A stretch of DNA of 64,000 nt from Candidatus Daviesbacteria bacterium (GTDB lineage Bacteria > Patescibacteriota > Microgenomatia > Daviesbacterales > UBA10151). Positions 42,187-51,022 of the stretch are shown here, one piece after another; position 1 is the first letter of the stretch; every line of letters begins with the position of its first letter. The stretch lies in NCBI GenBank assembly GCA_030699125.1, contig JAUYKM010000009.1:291365-355364 (forward strand), read 5' to 3'. The notes beneath the pieces are model-generated. The model saw only the letters and a list, made by a program, of their open reading frames with translations, had not been told where the DNA came from and did no database searches. Both the position numbers and the translations under genes were made by a program.

Positions 42187-42960
42187 ATGTCTAGTTATTA
42201 TTACCTTGATGATCCCAAAAGTGAATTAGGATATACCCCTGTTTCAGAGGAGGAGATGCATGGTGCCATTTTATCAATTGCCAAAAGTCACGGTTTAAAC
42301 ATCACAGATAAAATGATTTTAGATCAGATTCAGAAAAAGGAATCAAAATCTAAAAATACCAAAAATAAAACTAATCTCTATATTGATGGAACCAATCTTT
42401 TTGCTGGACAGAATGAGTTGTTTGGACCGAATAAACACTTATCGTTTAGTTTTCTAATCCAGGAAATTAAAAAATTAGTTCCAGTAAATCATATCCTTTT
42501 CTACGCTTCTTATATGAATCAGAAAAATAGAATAAAACTGACTGAAGACAGAAAAAAGCTGATTGCTGCAGAGGCGTTATTTTATCGGGAAGTAAGAAAT
42601 ACTAAAGGTGTTGAATTTTACCGGGGTCACCGCTCTCCAACTTCTGGAAAGGAAAAAGGAGTTGATGTGCATTTATCGGTTGATATTGTCAAAGATATTT
42701 TTCTAGGGAACTGCAATCAGATTGTTATTATGACTGGCGATGCTGATCTTATTTACCCTCTGGAAATAGTCAAAATGCTTAAAATCCCAACTCATGCTAT
42801 TTTTCTTCCTAACAGATTTTCCTTGGAAATGGCATACAAAGCAGATAAAGCGTTTGTACTTAATTTCTCAAATAAATTTAAGTCAGATAGAAAATTGCCG
42901 AGGCAGTTGAAGGTTGTGAGTATAAAAAAGCCCCGTATGGTTAACATACGGGGTAAGTAA
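42187..42960 (+). CDS. NYN-domain (PIN-fold) ribonuclease
   Basis: YIDGTNL, KEKGVDV.L.VD, TGDADL. Confidence 0.88.
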   Translation: MSSYYYLDDPKSELGYTPVSEEEMHGAILSIAKSHGLNITDKMILDQIQKKESKSKNTKNKTNLYIDGTNLFAGQNELFGPNKHLSFSFLIQEIKKLVPVNHILFYASYMNQKNRIKLTEDRKKLIAAEALFYREVRNTKGVEFYRGHRSPTSGKEKGVDVHLSVDIVKDIFLGNCNQIVIMTGDADLIYPLEIVKMLKIPTHAIFLPNRFSLEMAYKADKAFVLNFSNKFKSDRKLPRQLKVVSIKKPRMVNIRGK

Positions 42961-43362
42961 ATGTATTTAACCAAAAATAAGGCTATTTGTCAATGTCTCA
43001 TAGTTAAAATTTATTAAAAATTGTTATTGCACTTTGCTATGCATCTTTTAGACCAAAAAGATAAACGAATTCTGAGCTTAGACCGTCACGAAGGAATAAT
43101 TCAGAGAATTTTCTTAGTCTGTTTAAGGTACTAGCGGGATCACCACGCTTGATTGTGAAGGTGTAAATTGATTGATTAGCTTGAAAGCAGGCGATAATCG
43201 AGAGTTCGAAAAGCCATTAAAGTGGTATTTCAATCCTTCAGGAAAAATTAGCCTCGGACAATCCAATAGATCTTCTCATGGGTTGCTAAAACAATCCAAT
43301 CTAAAAGTTCGAATAAATATATTTCTTGCAAAATATAATTTTTCCTGAAATACTGTAAGAAG

Positions 43363-44388
43363 ATGGACGACCAACAAAAAAATATACTTAATTCTCAAGA
43401 GAACTCAAAAGACCCAGTTGTTAATAAAGCATTATCAATTAAAGTCCTACAAGTTCTATTCATAGTTTGGGGTAGTTTAAGTTTATTTTATTTTGTAATT
43501 AATTCAATATTTGGTTCTAACTGGTTTTCTTATATTCCCAGTCCCCTAAGTTATCTATTATCACTGTTAATGATAGTAGACCCAGGGGTATTTTATATCT
43601 TGGGTGTAGACACTAGGTTATTTCCATTAGTTGTTGGTGTTGGAGCTCTTTTAAGTGGTTTAGGAATACTTCAATCCTCCAAAAATAGTTTAAGCATAGC
43701 TAGTCTTTATATTTGCGCACTTTTTTTGATTATTATTGGATATTTCGTAACCACTATTCCTTCACTGCCTAGTCTTTTAAAAGCCATTTTGGGGCTTAAC
43801 TCTCCCTCTCAAGGGTGGGATTTTACAGATTTGATTATAATCTCCGCATTGGGAGAACTCATTTTAGCTAGTACATGGATTCTTTTAATCTTTGCTTTAA
43901 TAAAAATACAAAATTTATTAAAAACTAATACTTCCTACAAAACATCTACATTTTTTCAATTTGAAAGGCTTGGTAAAGTAGCATATTTACCATTAATCTT
44001 AATGTTGATTTGGTTTTGCTATGGTGTCTACTCTTATTATCTGTCCTCAAAACCTAGAGATGAATACGGGGTTCGGGTTAGTACTAAATCCTCTAAGATA
44101 ATTTCTGAAAGCAAGACATCTCCAGATAATTCTTATACTGTTAAGGAATCTCCCAATCCGCCTAAGCAAATAATCTTTGCTGTATATTACAAGGATGGTA
44201 ATGTTGTAAGAGAGATTGCTTACAATATCAAGAAAGAGATTGTTGATAAAAGCCGAACGATAGGTTGTGATTGTGATATTTCATTCAAAGGTTGGATAAA
44301 TAATTACACTTTTGCCATAAAGACAATTAAGGAAGATGGTCAAGAGTATGAAGACGTGATAGATATCAAAAAGTTAGTAGCTGAATAG
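43363..44388 (+). CDS. Hypothetical multi-TM membrane protein with a soluble C-terminal domain
   Basis: About five hydrophobic segments; no family motif recognised. Confidence 0.55.
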   Translation: MDDQQKNILNSQENSKDPVVNKALSIKVLQVLFIVWGSLSLFYFVINSIFGSNWFSYIPSPLSYLLSLLMIVDPGVFYILGVDTRLFPLVVGVGALLSGLGILQSSKNSLSIASLYICALFLIIIGYFVTTIPSLPSLLKAILGLNSPSQGWDFTDLIIISALGELILASTWILLIFALIKIQNLLKTNTSYKTSTFFQFERLGKVAYLPLILMLIWFCYGVYSYYLSSKPRDEYGVRVSTKSSKIISESKTSPDNSYTVKESPNPPKQIIFAVYYKDGNVVREIAYNIKKEIVDKSRTIGCDCDISFKGWINNYTFAIKTIKEDGQEYEDVIDIKKLVAE

Positions 44389-44638
44389 ATTATAAGAGTT
44401 ATGAAATACCAAAATACTCTTCCAATCCTTGATGGTTTGGATAAATTCCTCCATAATTATGTACGTGAGAACAGAATCGTAGTTCACCAGTTAACAATAG
44501 TTAAAAACCGATGAAGGAAGTTAACAGTAGTTGATTAAGTGACATCAAATACACATCTTTGACAAACATCTTGTTTAAGTGCTCAGGGTAAACGACTTTG
44601 GTGATTCATCTAGGCCACAGGGATCGAGCATTTACTTC

Positions 44639-44674
44639 TTGCAAATCGTCTAATATTCGTCTATAATACGTCTA
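44639..44674 (+). promoter_or_regulatory. Sigma70 promoter for fic overlapped by three CGTCTA direct repeats
   Basis: TTGCAA-17-TATAAT (44639-44667); CGTCTA at 44647, 44658 and 44669; ATG at 44676. Confidence 0.7.
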
Positions 44675-44675
44675 T

Positions 44676-45734
44676 ATGTTTAATCCTCGCTACACAATTA
44701 CTGATCGGTTATTAAGGAACATTAAGAGAATTAGTACCTTGGTGAGTGAACTAAATAACAGGCGATTTCCTCACGTTGTGTTACTGGAATTTGAAAAAGC
44801 AGCTAGAGCTGTTTCTACTTATGCCTCAACTAGTATTGAAGGCAACCCCCTTCCTCTAACAGAAGTTAAAAAAATCCTTAAATCTAAGCCTGCACATATA
44901 AACAAATTTGATACTGGCGTATTAAGAGATAGCGAAAAGGAAATTTTAAATTACAATCAAGCACTCCAGAATTTGAATGAGAAGCTTGAAAAAACGCAAG
45001 TCAAATTATCTCTTGATTTAATATTAAAAATTCAAAAACAAATTACTGAAGGGCTGCTACCTAAATTTGAATCTGGAAAACTGCGAGAAAAACCAGTAGT
45101 TGTAAACGATCCAAGAACACGAAAAGTTATATATTTACCTCCTGACGCAAAAGATGTGGGGAAACTTATAGAAAACCTTGTTGAGTTTGTGAATAGTAAC
45201 CGAAACGAGATTGATCCACTTATTTTAGCTGGTATTTTCCATAAGCAGATGGTAATAATCCATCCGTTTATGGACGGGAATGGTAGGACAACACGTCTTG
45301 CTACAAAAGTATTACTTGCTGAAATGGGATTAAATACTTTTAACCTATTCAGTTTTGAAAATTACTATAACAAAAATGTTACTCGCTATTTTCAAACTAT
45401 TGGCGAGCATGGAAATTATTATGAATTGGTAGATAAAATTGATTTTACCTCTTGGCTAGAATACTTTACCGAAGGAATTATTGATGAACTATTAAGAGTT
45501 CAAAAACTGTTGCCAGAGGTTGGAATAAGTCCGGAAACTCAACTTAAACCTTATCATATAAAAATCCTTGAATTTATAAAAAATAAAGGATTTATTGCTG
45601 ACCGTGACTATGCAAAGTTAGTTGACCGGGCAAAGGCAACCAGAGCACTGGATTTTAAAAAATTGATAGAGTTAGGTTTAATCAGCAGAAAAGGTAAGGG
45701 CAAAGCAACTCATTATGTTTTAAGAGAGAAATAG
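44676..45734 (+). CDS. Fic-domain protein with C-terminal winged HTH
   Basis: HPFMDGNGRTTR, inhibitory STSIEGN motif, C-terminal wHTH. Confidence 0.92.
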   Translation: MFNPRYTITDRLLRNIKRISTLVSELNNRRFPHVVLLEFEKAARAVSTYASTSIEGNPLPLTEVKKILKSKPAHINKFDTGVLRDSEKEILNYNQALQNLNEKLEKTQVKLSLDLILKIQKQITEGLLPKFESGKLREKPVVVNDPRTRKVIYLPPDAKDVGKLIENLVEFVNSNRNEIDPLILAGIFHKQMVIIHPFMDGNGRTTRLATKVLLAEMGLNTFNLFSFENYYNKNVTRYFQTIGEHGNYYELVDKIDFTSWLEYFTEGIIDELLRVQKLLPEVGISPETQLKPYHIKILEFIKNKGFIADRDYAKLVDRAKATRALDFKKLIELGLISRKGKGKATHYVLREK

Positions 45735-45745
45735 CTATGGTACTC

Positions 45746-47119
45746 TTAACTCCTGATCTGTAGAGGCAGTACTTTATCCAATAATCCTTCTACCTTTTTT
45801 AAATAAATTAAATTATATTTGGGAAAGTAGAGAAAGGTAGCCGGGGCATCTTCCAAAAGAGTTTTTTGGAAATCATAATAACTTACTTTTCGGTCCTCCT
45901 CTTTGACTGTTTTTCTGCCATCTTCCAGATCCTTATCAACTCTCGCCGATGAATATTTGGTCAGATTAGTTTTAATTTGGGATGAGTGCCAAAGCACATA
46001 CTGATCAGGATCTCTGGGGATACTCTGAGTAATCAAAAGCATCTGGAAATGTTGTGGAACTCCTGATTCTACCCTAATATTGACATTAAAACCGATCTTT
46101 TTCCACTCTTCAACTACTATTTGAGCCACCCTCTCCAAGTTAGGTGTGGTAGTTATAGTTAAGTCAGATTTTAGTTGTTCCTCAGATAAAGAGGATTTGG
46201 CCCGCTCCAGCGCAGCCTGAGCCTCTTCAATATTAGAAAGGTACTTTTTACTATCTTTGTCATGAGCCCAGGAATTAGTAGGATAGGGGTTATTGGCAAT
46301 ATCTTCTCCCTCAATTCGGGGGGCAGCAAAGCTTAAAGCTTGCCTTAACGATCTATTTCCCAATATAGGATCTTCCAGAGAATATAAAATGGTTACAATT
46401 TTAGTGAGGTCGCCTACCTGCTTATTCTTTACCTGATGGCTTTTTTCCACTGCATCAGGATTACTCATCCCCATAAGTGTTTGTACTTCTCCCAAGTTAA
46501 ATCCAGCTATTGCCACTCTTTCATTGGGATAAAAGCGAATGAGCAATTTAGGAAGATTATTTTCTTTTGGGGTTAAAGTTAATTTGGTAATAAAAATTCT
46601 GCTTTTCTCAACCCTGTCCAGTTTATAAGGACCTGTGCCTGTGAGGGTTCCCTTTTTAAATATTGGTTTGGTTAAAAGTGAAGGAAGAGGTGAATAGGGT
46701 TCTTTTAGCTTGAATTGGATAGTTCTTTCATCAGGGGTGGTTATTTCGACATCAGGAATATTAAATGATAAGTCAGATGCCTGAATGGGACTACCATCAA
46801 TCCAATAGATATTATCCCTTAAGTAAAATTTAAAAATTGTGGCATCATTATTTATATCCCAGGAGGAAGCGAGATTAGGCTCCATTTGATCAAAATCGCT
46901 CACTTTCACCAACCCTTCGGACAGTAGATTAGTTACCTCCAAAGGCAGGTTGTGTTCCTGATATGTACCTACCATACCCTCCAGCAATGTATTCTGAGGT
47001 CTAAAAATGGTAAATTTCCATTGCAAGAGAAGGGATATAGCAATAATAGTAAGTGTAAGTAAGAACCACTTGCTATGCTTGCCGATAAATTTTTCCGTAA
47101 TAAGAAGCGCGAGCTTCAT
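45746..47119 (-). CDS. ABC transporter peptide-binding (SBP family 5) protein
   Basis: 'PNLA.SW', 'GTGPYK', 'DPDQY..WHS.Q..TN.T.Y', 'PA.FLY'. Confidence 0.85.
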   Translation of the reverse strand: MKLALLITEKFIGKHSKWFLLTLTIIAISLLLQWKFTIFRPQNTLLEGMVGTYQEHNLPLEVTNLLSEGLVKVSDFDQMEPNLASSWDINNDATIFKFYLRDNIYWIDGSPIQASDLSFNIPDVEITTPDERTIQFKLKEPYSPLPSLLTKPIFKKGTLTGTGPYKLDRVEKSRIFITKLTLTPKENNLPKLLIRFYPNERVAIAGFNLGEVQTLMGMSNPDAVEKSHQVKNKQVGDLTKIVTILYSLEDPILGNRSLRQALSFAAPRIEGEDIANNPYPTNSWAHDKDSKKYLSNIEEAQAALERAKSSLSEEQLKSDLTITTTPNLERVAQIVVEEWKKIGFNVNIRVESGVPQHFQMLLITQSIPRDPDQYVLWHSSQIKTNLTKYSSARVDKDLEDGRKTVKEEDRKVSYYDFQKTLLEDAPATFLYFPKYNLIYLKKVEGLLDKVLPLQIRS

Positions 47120-47126
47120 AGATTGA

Positions 47127-47345
47127 TTATTTTACTACCAGGCCGATTATGGAAAGAAGAACGAAAATAATTGATAGTCCGATGGTGGCATAAAAGAGCA
47201 TTTTTTCCGCGCCTCTTTTAGTTCTATAAAATGACATATCTTGACCAAAGGTACTCCCCAAACCGCTTCCCTTTTGTTGGATAATAATCACCAAAATTAA
47301 AATTACCGCCACAATTATCTGAAAAAGATTGATAGTTGCCTTCAT
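47127..47345 (-). CDS. secG: Preprotein translocase subunit SecG
   Basis: 'IQQKGSGLGSTFG....YRTKRGAEK.L'. Confidence 0.9.
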   Translation of the reverse strand: MKATINLFQIIVAVILILVIIIQQKGSGLGSTFGQDMSFYRTKRGAEKMLFYATIGLSIIFVLLSIIGLVVK

Positions 47346-47362
47346 ATTTCAAAGATTATACA

Positions 47363-47764
47363 TCAATGGGACAGCCATTGGAAGAAATGAGTAATTATGC
47401 CAATCAAAAGTGAGGCTAAAACAGCTGCCCAGAAAGTGGAAAACTCCAAAGCAGGAATCCTAAATCCATTATAGGTTAATCCTTCAAAGAAGAATGGCCC
47501 CAATCTAAAACCGGATACCACTGTGGTTAAGGCATATAGGGCAATCACATTGGTCAGCCAGGCAAACAGTCCTAAGGTAAGTAAGTTTAGTGGCAACAGC
47601 AAAATTTTAATCAGGGGTACCAGAATGAGATTGATAATGGTAAAAACCGCTCCTCCCAAAATTAAGGTTATTAAACCACCTTCATAACTTAAACCACTGA
47701 CAACTAGAGTTGTGATCCATAAAGCTGCCAGATTGATTAAGAAGTATCTAAGTAAGGTTTTCAT
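47363..47764 (-). CDS. 4-TM phage holin family (YvlD/DUF360) membrane protein
   Basis: 'N.ILVP.IKILLLPLNLLTLGLF'. Confidence 0.85.
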   Translation of the reverse strand: MKTLLRYFLINLAALWITTLVVSGLSYEGGLITLILGGAVFTIINLILVPLIKILLLPLNLLTLGLFAWLTNVIALYALTTVVSGFRLGPFFFEGLTYNGFRIPALEFSTFWAAVLASLLIGIITHFFQWLSH

Positions 47765-49020
47765 ATCATCATAATTTTATCACGTAATTTCCTGTGGTAG
47801 GTGATGGCAAAACGGTGAGCCTCGTCACGCAATTTTTGTAACAGTTTCAGGGACAGGCTTTTTCTGGATAATTTGATGATGTCCCCTTGTGGTGGGTATA
47901 ACCACTCCAGTCGTTTAGCGAGGCCGTAAATGGGAATTTGGTATTTCATAGTTTGTAGTTCGTAGTTAGCTGCTCTTGCCTGTCCTCTACCTCCATCAAC
48001 TATAATCAGATCAGGAAGAGGCCATTCAGGATGTTTTAGCCTTCTTTTAATCATCTCTTTGTGCATAGCCACATCATTTGGTTTGCCGGGTCCGCCAGCT
48101 GGCGGATGAATCTTAAACTTTCTGTACTGAGATTTATCGATCTCTCCATTAGTTAGAACCACCATAGATCCGGTGGCTTCTTTTCCCCCAATATTGGAGA
48201 TATCATATCCCTCTATCCTCTCCGGATTGGTAGCTAAATTAAGATCTTTTTGCAGCTGTTTTAAAGCCATGACATTTTCTTCCTGTAAAAAATTGGGATT
48301 ATCCAAATACAGTCTGACTCTATTAGGTTGGGTTAAATAGTTAATTCCCTCAATTATTTTTTTCATCTTAGCTGCCTGTTCATATTCCTGATGATTTGAG
48401 GCCTCATTCATTTCTGAAGTTAATTCCTCTAAGAGTTCATCTTTTTTCCCCTCTAAGAATTTGGAGAAGCGTCTGATGATTTTGTGATAGTCATCTTTTG
48501 TGATAAGTCCCAGACAAGCCCCGGGACAAAGTCCTAAATGATAATAAAAACAAGCTCTTCTCAACCCTCCGGAACACCAGGGGAAAATTCTTCTTAAAGT
48601 TTTTAAGGTATCACGAACAGTTCTGGTAGAAGGAAAAGGGCCCCAATACTGCTTCGTTTTTTTAAGGTCTTGTCTCCGAACAGTAATTATTTTAGGAAAT
48701 GTATCTTTGCTGAGACCTATATAAAGATAATCTTTATCATCTGTTAAGGCTACGTTAAAGGGAGGTAAGAATTTCTTAATTAAATTGGCCTCCAAAATTA
48801 AGGCTTCTAACTCGGATTCAACAATAATTGTGTCCACAGATTTTATTTTTTCCACTAAAACGGCGGTTTTGGGTGCAACGCGCTTATTAAAATATGAGGC
48901 CACACGGTGATAAATATCAATGGCCTTGCCCACATATAAAATTTTCCCCAGTCCACCTTTAAATATATAAACGCCACTTTTGTGCGGTAAATTAGTTTTG
49001 TCCAAATATGAGGGAATCAT
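47761..49020 (-). CDS. uvrC: Excinuclease ABC subunit C (short form without C-terminal HhH)
   Basis: GIY-YIG domain, UVR domain, IEGYDISN, PDLIIVDGG.GQ, RDEAHRFA. Confidence 0.9.
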   Translation of the reverse strand: MIPSYLDKTNLPHKSGVYIFKGGLGKILYVGKAIDIYHRVASYFNKRVAPKTAVLVEKIKSVDTIIVESELEALILEANLIKKFLPPFNVALTDDKDYLYIGLSKDTFPKIITVRRQDLKKTKQYWGPFPSTRTVRDTLKTLRRIFPWCSGGLRRACFYYHLGLCPGACLGLITKDDYHKIIRRFSKFLEGKKDELLEELTSEMNEASNHQEYEQAAKMKKIIEGINYLTQPNRVRLYLDNPNFLQEENVMALKQLQKDLNLATNPERIEGYDISNIGGKEATGSMVVLTNGEIDKSQYRKFKIHPPAGGPGKPNDVAMHKEMIKRRLKHPEWPLPDLIIVDGGRGQARAANYELQTMKYQIPIYGLAKRLEWLYPPQGDIIKLSRKSLSLKLLQKLRDEAHRFAITYHRKLRDKIMMI

Positions 49021-49047
49021 AACCGCAGATATTTTAGCAGAAATTCT

Positions 49048-51003
49048 TTAGTTTTTAACTTTTTTGGATTTAGTGCCATCAGGAGTAAGATGAGTTTTTA
49101 AAACTCTTCTCCTGTAAAGCAATCCGCCTAGAACCCCACCGTAAATTGCCACAATCATAAAAACCGTGGAGAGAATAATAAGGGGGATGGTTCTAAATAG
49201 CAGGAATGGTTTTACACTGACTTTTTGATTAAATTCTTGTTCTCCTATTCTCACTTTAAATTCATCCTCAAAACTTTCAAAAAGAGAGGTGGTTCTGATA
49301 TTAAATTCAAATTCGGCATTGCCAAAGGGGGGAATGGCGCCCATATTAATACTGGACTGTTGGTTTAAAATATCGATCTTCTCAGAAGATAGGAAAAAAG
49401 AGGCAGGTGGATAAAGGGCATTGCCTACATTAGAAATAGTTACTTTAACTTTGGAAGGAATTCCTGCCAATATTGGATCGGAGGCAGTAACAGAAACTTT
49501 AATCTGAGGTTTTCCCAAGAAATCATTCTCCGATAAAGTCACCCCTACGTCCTGGGTATCTATTCCCTGGAATTTATATGAACCTGCAGGAATAGGTTGA
49601 GTAGAGGAAACTCCTTTGATGGCAAAGACAAAATGATTTAAATCCAGTTTGGTAAAATAATCCACTCCGCCAGTGGTGTTTTCCCAAGTGGGATCAATCA
49701 TCACCCAACCTCGGGTCCCGTCCCAATATTCAGGCCAAGCATGCAATACATCTTTGGTTAAAGACAAAGGCCGTAGGCTGGTATTGGCTGTATAGGCATA
49801 ACCGTCCAGCTCTCGGGCAGGAATGCCAGCCGCTCTCGATAAAGCAATAAATAGATCAGTAAACTCCATGCAAACAGCCTCTTTGGGGGTATTTAATGCT
49901 GTTACAGCTCCAAATCTTTCCACACCTTGATCTGCATTGTTAACATTTTGTTCAAGCCTGGATTGATCATAGCTTAGAGCCCCCACCACATATCTGTATA
50001 TCTGTCTTGCTTTATCTTCTGTATTTTGAGGAGGAGTAGTGCCCAAAATGTCGTCAAGTAAAGCCACAATTTGAGGGTGATCTTTTTCCCAGTATTTATC
50101 TGCTTTGGTATATATTTTTCTTAAATTTTCATCAAGGGTGGGTTTTTCCACTTTGGAGCTGGAATAAATCTTGGCTGATCCTAAGACCCGAATATCCAGT
50201 TTTTGATTCCTTCCCAGCTTATACCAGGCTAGATAATTACCATCCTTATCCAAAGTGACATTGATGGGACGAGGGTCAATAAACTGGAAAATAATGTCCT
50301 GATAAGATGTATCAGGGGGTAAAGCTATGTTTGTCAAAACCGGCACTAACCCATCATTTTGCAAATGATAAGCCAGATCAAAATCAAACAGCTGATGGGT
50401 GCCGAAACTGGCGGATACTCCAGCATCTTTCAGCTGTTCCTTGTCGAAAGTTAAAAAAAGCTTACCCTGCGAAACTGTCTGACTTCTGGGAGTAGGGCTA
50501 ATTAAGGTGGGTTCCCCAAAAGAGGTGGGAACTGAGATGGTTAGATTGTAAGATTCTAAATTGGTGGATGAGGAGATGCGGGGAGCCCTGATCTCCCAAA
50601 CTTTCCCTAAGTTTTGGGCAAAATCATTTGATTTAAACTGTAGAGTCCAGGGTAAAACTTTCCCCAAACCTGCTACCTGCTGATTAAATTTGATAGTGAT
50701 GGTGGTGGAAGTATCTTGCTTTTGGGTATCAATCTCCAAAGGGCCTGCCGGATCAGAGCCTTTGATATCAAAAATTTGGGTAGCACCGATGGTTAGCTTA
50801 AACTGGTTGGCATAAAATTGGGAAGTTAGATTTTTCAGAGCCACTTTTTCAGTGATTGTGGTAGTGCCGTCTTCGGAGACATCATATAAAACATCATAAG
50901 AGCTGGCAAAATCGGAACTAGGTTGATCTTGAGCAGATATTGTGGGGGATGAGATTATGATGGCAAAAAATATAGCCAGTACAGCTAAAATTTTTTTAAG
51001 CAT
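49048..51003 (-). CDS. Secreted transglutaminase-like domain protein with C-terminal TM
   Basis: Triad AVCMEF...RAAGIPAR, HAW.EY, IDPTW. Confidence 0.87.
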   Translation of the reverse strand: MLKKILAVLAIFFAIIISSPTISAQDQPSSDFASSYDVLYDVSEDGTTTITEKVALKNLTSQFYANQFKLTIGATQIFDIKGSDPAGPLEIDTQKQDTSTTITIKFNQQVAGLGKVLPWTLQFKSNDFAQNLGKVWEIRAPRISSSTNLESYNLTISVPTSFGEPTLISPTPRSQTVSQGKLFLTFDKEQLKDAGVSASFGTHQLFDFDLAYHLQNDGLVPVLTNIALPPDTSYQDIIFQFIDPRPINVTLDKDGNYLAWYKLGRNQKLDIRVLGSAKIYSSSKVEKPTLDENLRKIYTKADKYWEKDHPQIVALLDDILGTTPPQNTEDKARQIYRYVVGALSYDQSRLEQNVNNADQGVERFGAVTALNTPKEAVCMEFTDLFIALSRAAGIPARELDGYAYTANTSLRPLSLTKDVLHAWPEYWDGTRGWVMIDPTWENTTGGVDYFTKLDLNHFVFAIKGVSSTQPIPAGSYKFQGIDTQDVGVTLSENDFLGKPQIKVSVTASDPILAGIPSKVKVTISNVGNALYPPASFFLSSEKIDILNQQSSINMGAIPPFGNAEFEFNIRTTSLFESFEDEFKVRIGEQEFNQKVSVKPFLLFRTIPLIILSTVFMIVAIYGGVLGGLLYRRRVLKTHLTPDGTKSKKVKN

Positions 51004-51022
51004 ATTATAATTTTACCAGATA

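Noticed and set aside
42995-43360. ~370-bp gap after the NYN gene as a possible ncRNA
   Set aside because: No convincing stems or known motif; more likely a decayed gene fragment.
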